Below, one piece after another: positions 1-6,684 of a stretch of 21,089 nt of DNA (the first letter of the stretch is position 1; each line of letters opens with the position of its first letter). The position numbers and the translations under genes are program-made. Under the pieces are notes generated by a model. It saw only the letters and a program-made list of their open reading frames with translations. It made no database searches and was not told the DNA's origin. The stretch spans positions 1 through 21,089 of the forward strand of contig JBDHDE010000049.1 in assembly GCA_039591655.1 (NCBI GenBank), written 5' to 3'. The stretch comes from Gemmatimonadota bacterium. Lineage in GTDB: Bacteria; Gemmatimonadota; Gemmatimonadetes; Gemmatimonadales; GWC2-71-9.

Positions 1-1775
1 TCCCGCACGAGAATCTCGTAGCCCTCCAGGAGCTGGCGGGTCGTCGGGTCGAGCCCGTCCTTGTAGCGGCCGGCGGCGTCCAGCGCCGATCGGACCTGGG
101 CGGTGGCCCGCGTGGGCTGGGTGCGGAGGATCTCGGCGAGCATGCGCTTGAAGTAGGCCGTCGCGTATGCGGAGTCGAGACTGATGACCTCCTCGAATCG
201 CTCGATGGCCTCGTCATATGCCGCCCGCCGGAACTGCGTCTCGCCCTCGAGGTAGGCGCTCACGGCGCGGAGCCCCTTCGGCAACGCCTGATCCCATCCG
301 GCCCGCGCGCCGGCCACCCGCTCGGCAAAGGCCTCGGAGACGATGCTCGCAACCAGGGTGTGCAGGCTGTCGAGCGGGCCCGTCGCTGCGGCGCTGCTCA
401 GCAGCCGGTGCGTGTCGGCCTCCCTGACCTGAACCTCCAGCCGCAGGTCTCCCGACGTCGCCACCTCGGCGGCGCCCCATAGGACCTCCGTGGCGGAGAG
501 ATTGGTGGCGACTAGGGCGGTGAGCGTGTCCCGGTCGGCGGTGGGGGTGTCGAAGTGCGCGGCGATCGTGCTCTGCACCCGTTCGGCGCTGAGAACCCGG
601 TAGTCGGGCACCCAGCGAAGCTGGTCCTCGAATGCCCGCGGCAGGACCGCCGCCAGATCGATGTCCTCCACGGCTCCCGAGATCGAGAAGGGGAGCACGG
701 CGATCGTCGGTGCGGACGGCTGCGCCGCGCCGCCGCCTCCTGCGGTGATCCACCAAACACCCAACGCTCCAACCAAGCCTGCCCCCGCGATAGCGGCCGC
801 CCACTTGATGGGGCGCGGCCGGCGCTCTGCCGCATCCAGCGCATCGAGCCACTCGTCGGCGGTGGTCGGCCGATTGGCGCGGTCCAGCGCCAGCGGCGCC
901 GCGAGGGCGCGCGCCTGGGTGTGTGTCAGGTCGGGCCGGGCAATCATGAGAGCCCGCTCGGCGGCGGTGACGTCGGAGAACATCTCCATCCGCTGTCCCG
1001 TCAACGCCTCGACCGCAACGGCAGCGAGGGCGTAGAGATCGGCCCGTCCGTCGATGTGGCCGCCACCCGATGCCTGCTCCGGCGCCATGTAGGCGGGGGT
1101 GCCGACCACGGCCCCCGTCTGGGTGATGGTGTCTTCGCCGGCGGCGCTGATGGCCCGGGCCACGCCGAAGTCGGCGACCTGTGCATGCCCGGCCGAGAGC
1201 AGGATGTTCTCCGGCTTGATGTCCCGGTGTACCACCTCACGGGCGTGGGCGTAGCTCAACGCGCCCGCCACTTCACGCACGAACGTGACGGCTTCCTGGA
1301 GGGGCAGCTGCCCGCGCCGCTTGAACAGGTCGCGCATCGACTCGCCTTCCACGTACGGCATGACGTAGAAGAGGAAGCCGCCGGCCTCGCCGGAATCGTG
1401 CACTGGGAGGATGTGGGGGTGCTGCAGCCGGGCCGTGATCTCGATCTCTCGGAGGAAGCGCTGCGGCCCGAGCACGGTGGCAAGCTCCGGGTGCAGGACC
1501 TTTACCGCCACCGGGCGGTTGTGCTTCAGGTCCTGCGCCAGATAGACGGTGGCCATCCCGCCACGCCCGATCTCGCGCTCCACGATGTAGCGGTCCGCGA
1601 GGGCGTCCTTCACCTGCCCAAAGTGGATCTCTCCTGTCACCAGTCTGTCCCTACCCGAACCGCTCTTCGGGGGTGGGACGTCGGGGGGAGTCGCCGTGCC
1701 GCACTTGGGGCAGAACACGGCATCATCTGGGAGATCAGCTGCGCATGCGGGGCACGCGTTGGGTGGCGTCGTCAT
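1..1775 (-). CDS. Hanks-type Ser/Thr protein kinase with N-terminal zinc ribbon, one TM helix and a TolB-N/TPR-like extracytoplasmic region (3' end outside the window)
   Basis: Absent from the ORF track because it has no stop in the window. My translation from ATG 1775 reads MTTPPNACPACAADLPDDAVFCPKCG...RYIVEREIGRGGMATVYLA..VAVKVL..HRDIKPENILL..DFGVA..GTPAYMAPEQ..DLYAL. This is followed by hydrophobic WAAAIAGAGLVGALGVWWI, then TIAVLPF and TPR-like AYLEGETQFRRAAYDEAIERFEEVISLDSAYATAY. The frame is open to the window edge. An alternative in-frame GTG start lies at 1640. Confidence 0.93.
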   Translation of the reverse strand, partial: MTTPPNACPACAADLPDDAVFCPKCGTATPPDVPPPKSGSGRDRLVTGEIHFGQVKDALADRYIVEREIGRGGMATVYLAQDLKHNRPVAVKVLHPELATVLGPQRFLREIEITARLQHPHILPVHDSGEAGGFLFYVMPYVEGESMRDLFKRRGQLPLQEAVTFVREVAGALSYAHAREVVHRDIKPENILLSAGHAQVADFGVARAISAAGEDTITQTGAVVGTPAYMAPEQASGGGHIDGRADLYALAAVAVEALTGQRMEMFSDVTAAERALMIARPDLTHTQARALAAPLALDRANRPTTADEWLDALDAAERRPRPIKWAAAIAGAGLVGALGVWWITAGGGGAAQPSAPTIAVLPFSISGAVEDIDLAAVLPRAFEDQLRWVPDYRVLSAERVQSTIAAHFDTPTADRDTLTALVATNLSATEVLWGAAEVATSGDLRLEVQVREADTHRLLSSAAATGPLDSLHTLVASIVSEAFAERVAGARAGWDQALPKGLRAVSAYLEGETQFRRAAYDEAIERFEEVISLDSAYATAYFKRMLAEILRTQPTRATAQVRSALDAAGRYKDGLDPTTRQLLEGYEILVR

Positions 1776-1801
1776 GCACTTTCCGGGAGGGCCATGTTGG
1801 G

Positions 1802-1830
1802 AAGATGGGGGCCCGCCGCTGGTGCTGCAA
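1802..1830 (-). promoter_or_regulatory. Candidate sigma70-type promoter for the zinc-ribbon kinase
   Basis: Minus strand reads TTGCAG (1830-1825), a 17-nt spacer, then CATCTT (1807-1802), in the 60-bp gap after the regulator stop codon. Confidence 0.4.
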
Positions 1831-1835
1831 CCGTG

Positions 1836-3728
1836 TTAGCCCGCTTCCAGAATCCGCTGCCGCTGTCCCTCGGTCAGCATGTCGCGTCCCACCACGTTGC
1901 GTACGATGCGGGCGACGAAGGAGTAGCCCCGGGGGTCAGCCGTGAGCCACCGCTGCCACTCGAGCTCGTCGAGGGCGGAGGCTAGCTGTTCGCCGCCGAT
2001 CTGGGTTGCGCGTTGCAGTCGTGCGGTCGCAACGCGGTCGCCTAGCACGGCCGCGGCGGCGAGCACCTGCTGGGCGCGGCCCGTGAGCCTGCGGAAGCCC
2101 ACGCGGATGGCGCCGACCACGGCATCGGGAAGGTCGGCGGGAAGGGTCTGGTCTAGCGTCTTGTACGGTTCGGGCCACGCCCCCGTGATGGTTCCGAGGT
2201 CGAGCCCCAGGGCCACGGCGTGCAGCAGCTCGACGGCCAACAGTGGCAGCCCCGCCGAATCCACCGCGACGCGACGGGCCAGCCGGTCGAGCTCCGCGTC
2301 GCCGAACTCCGGCACCGCCCACGCGGCCAACTGCCTCAGCGCTGCGCGGTCCAGGGGATCGAGCACGGCGGTGGCTCCCGGCACGTCCCGCCCGAGGCGG
2401 GAGCGCAGGTCGTCGAGTTCCGGCCGGGGAGGGTGGGGCTGCGCGGCGAAGAGCACGAAGAGCGGCAGGGCGGCGGCGTCTCGCAGGGCGGCAGCGAGGG
2501 CGAGCAGCGAGTCACGATCCAGCCACTGGGCGTCGTCCACCAGAACCGCGACGGGTTGCTCCTCGGCGATCGATCGTAGCACCTCGCCCAGTGCTCGCCC
2601 GAGGGGGGTGGGCTCCCCCTGGGGCTTGCCGAACTGGTCGCTCCACTCCGGAATCTCCGTCGCAAATGCGGCCAGGGCCGCAGGCGACGCCGCCTTCAGC
2701 CCTCCGGCCTCCAGCAGCCCGCCCCTGGCGAGACCAAGGGCGCCACTGCCGGGGTGGTCCAGGTCGGCTTCCACCGCACGCACCACCGCCGTGGCGGCGC
2801 CCGACAGGCGGGAGCGGGCGAGCACTTCCTCCGCCAACCGGGACTTCCCGAGCCCCGCGTCGCCCTCGATGATCGCGGCAGCAGCCCGGCGCTCCCGGCC
2901 ACAGGCAACAAAGGCCTCGACGATCCGCGCCAGCTCCCGCTCGCGGCCCACTAGCGGCGGGCGCCGCAGCTCGGCACCGCGCTCGTCGCTGGTCGGGACC
3001 TCGTCCGACAGACGCCATATCCGCTCGGCGCGCACGCGCTCGGCGAGGGTGGTGGTCTCGGCGTCGGGCACAGCCCCTGCCTCCGCGAGATGCCGCACGA
3101 AATGCTCGTAGCGCTCCAGGGCCCCCGTGCGGTCCCCCACCAGCGCCAGCGCCCGCATGGCCGCCCGCACTGCGGCGTTCGAGCCCCCGTCGAGCGCCAG
3201 GGCCCGCGCCGTCGTACTCGCTGCCTCCCGGACGTTTCCTTGCACCAGGAGCGACTCGGCACAGTTGACCAGCGCTGTGACGCTGCGGCTCCTCCAGGCG
3301 AGCCGCTCGGCGGCCAGCCAATCCTCGAATCCCGAGGCATCGGGAACGCTGAAGCCTTCGAGGAAGTCTCCGTCGACGAGCGCGGCGACGCCGCCCCAAT
3401 CGGCGGCGCTCTCCATCGCTTCGAACTCCTCGAGGTCGAGGCGGACCGCACCCTGCGCCAGCCGCACTTGCTCGTGCTGGGTCGTGAGCCCCTCCTCTCC
3501 CACGGCGCGGCGCAGTACGCGGATGGCCTCCCGCAGCGAGTGTCGCGCGGCGGAGTCGGGCTTCTCCGCCCACAGCAGTCCGGTCAGGTGTTCGCGTGTG
3601 CGCGAGTGCTTGGGTGAGCATGCCAGGTAGACGAGCAGCGCGAGGTTCTTGCGCCACAGCAGCGCGGGTGGAGGGGCCGCCCCATCTACCGTGACGTCGA
3701 TCGGACCGAGGGTGCGGCAGTGGATCAC
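1836..3728 (-). CDS. SARP/AfsR-like transcriptional regulator: wHTH + BTAD + AAA_16/STAND-type ATPase, no C-terminal TPR sensor (630 aa)
   Basis: The N-terminus (TLGPIDVTVDG..KNLALLVYLA..REHLTGLLW..ARHSLREAIRVLRR) is OmpR/SARP wHTH-like. A BTAD region follows (GDFLEGF..FEDWLAAER..AMRALALVGDRTGALERY). The ATPase shows LVGRERELA, Walker A GDAGLGKS, Walker B VLVDDAQWLD and SAGLPLL. The start was reassigned to GTG 3728, which overlaps the upstream kinase stop (GTGA). Confidence 0.88.
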   Translation of the reverse strand: MIHCRTLGPIDVTVDGAAPPPALLWRKNLALLVYLACSPKHSRTREHLTGLLWAEKPDSAARHSLREAIRVLRRAVGEEGLTTQHEQVRLAQGAVRLDLEEFEAMESAADWGGVAALVDGDFLEGFSVPDASGFEDWLAAERLAWRSRSVTALVNCAESLLVQGNVREAASTTARALALDGGSNAAVRAAMRALALVGDRTGALERYEHFVRHLAEAGAVPDAETTTLAERVRAERIWRLSDEVPTSDERGAELRRPPLVGRERELARIVEAFVACGRERRAAAAIIEGDAGLGKSRLAEEVLARSRLSGAATAVVRAVEADLDHPGSGALGLARGGLLEAGGLKAASPAALAAFATEIPEWSDQFGKPQGEPTPLGRALGEVLRSIAEEQPVAVLVDDAQWLDRDSLLALAAALRDAAALPLFVLFAAQPHPPRPELDDLRSRLGRDVPGATAVLDPLDRAALRQLAAWAVPEFGDAELDRLARRVAVDSAGLPLLAVELLHAVALGLDLGTITGAWPEPYKTLDQTLPADLPDAVVGAIRVGFRRLTGRAQQVLAAAAVLGDRVATARLQRATQIGGEQLASALDELEWQRWLTADPRGYSFVARIVRNVVGRDMLTEGQRQRILEAG

Positions 3729-6571
3729 CGGTTGCACGCCTCTGCGCGCTCCCTGGCCAGCTCCGCCAGGGGGCGCAACGCCTCGTCGGGGTCTGTCCAC
3801 AGCCGGGCGACACGGCTCATGTGACGACACACCGCTTCATCGTCGCCGCGCTCCAGGGCCACGCGACCGCGCAGGAACTCGGCGTGGGGACCGAGGGCCC
3901 AGTCGATCTCATCCGGTAGCGCCTCCCCGGTGTACCAGAGAGTCACGATCATGTGCTCGTACCAGCGGCGGGACGCATCGGCCTCCTCCCGCCGGCCGAG
4001 CTGATCGAGCCAGTCGGCCCGCATCCAGTGCAGCACGGCGCGGCTGAAGGGATCGCCTCCCCGTAGGCCCGCCGAGTCGAGGGCCAAGAGGGGCTCCGAA
4101 ATCTCCAGCGCCAGGTCCCAGCGCCCCCGGACGGCATGCTCGATTGCCTCGAGCTGTTGCGCCAGCCGCACCGCGCTCGTGTCCGGCCGTGCGCGCTCGA
4201 CGGCGGCACGCCAGCGTGCACCCTGCTCCGCATCGCCGCCCGCGTAGGCGTCGAGAGCCAGGGCCCACGCCGCCCGCACGCCCAGCCCACCGTCAGCCAT
4301 GAAGTCTCCCAGGCGCTGCCGCCCCCGTTCCACCTCCGCCTCCGGAATGCCCGCGACACCCAGTGCCGCCGGTATGACCCGCCATTCGGCGGCCTGCAGC
4401 GCAGCTTCCCGGGTGCCGAAGAAGCTCGCTGCAGAGTCGAGCTGCTGCAGGGCGTTCGCGATGCGCCCCAAGGCGAGGAGCGCCAATCCCTGACCCTCGG
4501 CGGCGATGGCCTTGAGCCGGCGGTCGGTGCGGGGGTCGGCCTGAAGCATCTCGGCCACGTGGGCCTGCAGGGCGTACGCTCCGAAGATCGCCCCGGACCG
4601 CAGTGTCAGTGCCAGCTCCGCCGAGTGAAGCACTTCCTCAGGGAACGCCGGCGGTCCATCCTGCGCGAACATGCCCTGATACAGCAGTTCGTACAGCGGT
4701 GGCAGATAGGGCTCCGCCTCTTCGCCGGGCGCAGCTATCTCCCGGAAGCGGTCGAGGGCCTGCCGCGCGGCATCCTCCCGCCCCAGGCGCAGGGACACCC
4801 ACAGCACGTGCTCCCAGGCCGGCCCTGAGGTGGGAGCCTTCCTGGTGGCCGCCTCCAGCAGGGTCGCCGCCGAGTCGAGAGAGAGACCGATCAGCGCTCC
4901 GCGGTGCATCATCTCTTCGCCCCACAGGAAGGCGGCGTAGCCGTCCAGGGGGAAGTCGCGCACTGCCTCCTCGTACATCCGCAGTCGCTCCTCCAGCCGC
5001 GGCGCCAGCTGCGCCCGGATGAGCCGGCGGTCCAGTTCGCCCAGCTCCTCGCCGTGGTCGGCCAGCAGAGCGGGGAGATCCACTTCGGTGGGCGGAGTCC
5101 CGGTGAGCAGCCAGCGCCACGCCTCTGCCAGACGCCAGGAGGCCAGGGCAAAGCCGGAGTCGAGCGCCAGGGTCGCGCGGTAATGCCCGATGGCCGTGCG
5201 CCACGCGTTGCCGTAGAACGCCCGCTCTCCCTGCAGGAACTGGATCAGCGCCGCGTCGCTTCGGCCGGCGACGGAGGGAGCGGGGGCATACTCGGTGAGG
5301 TAGCGGTCGGGGGCGACCACCTGGGCGAGCTCCAGTGCGAGGCGCGCGCCGACACTCTCCAGGGTGCGTCCTCCTGCGCTGTCCCAGTGCACGGTGCCCA
5401 CGGTGCGCACGCGGCCTCGCTCGTCGACCACCGACGGTCTGATCGTGACGCCGCCGTCCCTCTGCTCCACGACCCCGGTGGCCACGTACCGCACCTCCAG
5501 GGCTCGGGGGAGCCTCCCCACTGGGGTGTCCTCTCCGGCTGAGTCCTGCCACGCCGTAATGGCGTACTGCGGCTTGACGATCAGGAAGTTGTCCAGGTTG
5601 ACGCGGGAGAGGTTTGCCAGGTACCAACCCAGCGCCGTATCGGCTCCGCCGCGGACCTCGAACGGCACGATGGCGAGGTCGGCGGTCGGTGCCGTCGGGG
5701 ATCGCGGGACGACGGTGAGCACCACCGCAGCTCCTGCCACGAGTCCCGACAGCGTGAGCAGGAGTGTGCGGCGGCGGTACTTGGTGGTGCGCGTCCGCCA
5801 CAGCCTGTGGCGGAACGTCCGTGCGTCGGGCCAGCGATCCGCGGGGTTCCAGGCCAGCGCCCTCCTGAGGATCGGCAATACGCTGCGCGGCACCCCGGCC
5901 CAGTCGGGCTGCTCCTCCGGGAGCAGTGTGATCCAGCGGCGCCCGGTTAGGGCCTGGTACAGCACCATACCGAAAGCGTAGAGGTCGGTCCGCGGCGTGA
6001 CTTCCCACCCGAAGGCCTGCTCGGGGGGCATGTACCCCGGTGTGCCCGTGACGCCCACCGCCCCCGGCTCGCCTGCAGTCTGTGGTCCGGAGGATGTCGA
6101 GATGCCGAAGTCGGCGAGCAGCGCCCGGTCCCGCATCAGGAAGATGTTGCTCGGCTTGACGTCGCGGTGCACAACGCCCATCTCGTGCACCGCCTCGAGT
6201 GCGTCCAGCACGTCGCGCCCCAGCTTCACAGCGTCGGCGCGGCTCAACGAGCCGCGCCGGAGGCGATCGGCCAGGGTCTCGCCCTTCACGTAGTCCATCA
6301 CGTAGTAGAAGAACCCGCCTGCCTCGCCGGCGCGATGGATCGGCACGACATGGGAATGGCGGACGTTGGCGAGGGTGCGTGCCTCCCGCACGAACCGCTC
6401 GGTTGCCTCGGCGGTGGCGAGCTCGGGGCGGAGGATCTTGATGGCCACCATGCGGTCGAGCTGCACGTCGCGGGCGAGGAATACCACCCCCATTCCTCCG
6501 CTCGCGAGCTCCCGCTCGACCTCGTAGTCGGGCAGCAGCGCCTCGGCTAGCCTGTAGATGATGGATGGCAT
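3725..6571 (-). CDS. Receptor-like Hanks-type Ser/Thr protein kinase with one TM helix and a large TolB-N/TPR-like extracytoplasmic region (948 aa)
   Basis: Kinase motifs ASGGMGVV, VAIK, HRDVKPSN, DFG, GTPGYMPPE and DLYAFG are present. A basic stretch (RTRTTKYRRRT) precedes the TM LLLTLSGLVAGAAVVLTVV, followed by LAIVPF and TPR-like helical repeats (FLQGERAFYGNAWRTAIGHYRATLALDSGFALA). Confidence 0.93.
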   Translation of the reverse strand: MPSIIYRLAEALLPDYEVERELASGGMGVVFLARDVQLDRMVAIKILRPELATAEATERFVREARTLANVRHSHVVPIHRAGEAGGFFYYVMDYVKGETLADRLRRGSLSRADAVKLGRDVLDALEAVHEMGVVHRDVKPSNIFLMRDRALLADFGISTSSGPQTAGEPGAVGVTGTPGYMPPEQAFGWEVTPRTDLYAFGMVLYQALTGRRWITLLPEEQPDWAGVPRSVLPILRRALAWNPADRWPDARTFRHRLWRTRTTKYRRRTLLLTLSGLVAGAAVVLTVVPRSPTAPTADLAIVPFEVRGGADTALGWYLANLSRVNLDNFLIVKPQYAITAWQDSAGEDTPVGRLPRALEVRYVATGVVEQRDGGVTIRPSVVDERGRVRTVGTVHWDSAGGRTLESVGARLALELAQVVAPDRYLTEYAPAPSVAGRSDAALIQFLQGERAFYGNAWRTAIGHYRATLALDSGFALASWRLAEAWRWLLTGTPPTEVDLPALLADHGEELGELDRRLIRAQLAPRLEERLRMYEEAVRDFPLDGYAAFLWGEEMMHRGALIGLSLDSAATLLEAATRKAPTSGPAWEHVLWVSLRLGREDAARQALDRFREIAAPGEEAEPYLPPLYELLYQGMFAQDGPPAFPEEVLHSAELALTLRSGAIFGAYALQAHVAEMLQADPRTDRRLKAIAAEGQGLALLALGRIANALQQLDSAASFFGTREAALQAAEWRVIPAALGVAGIPEAEVERGRQRLGDFMADGGLGVRAAWALALDAYAGGDAEQGARWRAAVERARPDTSAVRLAQQLEAIEHAVRGRWDLALEISEPLLALDSAGLRGGDPFSRAVLHWMRADWLDQLGRREEADASRRWYEHMIVTLWYTGEALPDEIDWALGPHAEFLRGRVALERGDDEAVCRHMSRVARLWTDPDEALRPLAELARERAEACNR

Positions 6572-6595
6572 CGTGGTGGCGTAGATCGGCTTCCT

Positions 6596-6625
6596 ACGCT
6601 ACGGGATGGGGGGGCAGCCGGTCAA
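6596..6625 (-). promoter_or_regulatory. Candidate sigma70-type promoter for the kinase-regulator unit
   Basis: Minus strand reads TTGACC (6625-6620), an 18-nt spacer, then TAGCGT (6601-6596), 24 nt upstream of the kinase ATG at 6571. Confidence 0.5.
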
Positions 6626-6684
6626 GGAGAGAGGAGGTCGCGATTGTCCGTGCCCGCCGCAGGCGGTCTCCCCGCGGCACCGCA

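Noticed and set aside
555..1985. 476-aa plus-strand ORF
   Set aside because: It is antisense to the real Ser/Thr kinase on the minus strand, which has all catalytic motifs.
3729..3830. ORF-track N-terminal extensions of the regulator (to 3830), purN (11483), selA (13012), lipoprotein (14262) and thrS (17409)
   Set aside because: These extensions overlap upstream genes and lack homology-like sequence. Downstream starts with stop/start overlaps, SD sites or clear homology onset fit better.
6649..6682. GC-rich hairpin just after the DUF2723 stop codon
   Set aside because: The stem is imperfect and has no U-tract, which is not enough to call an intrinsic terminator in DNA this GC-rich.
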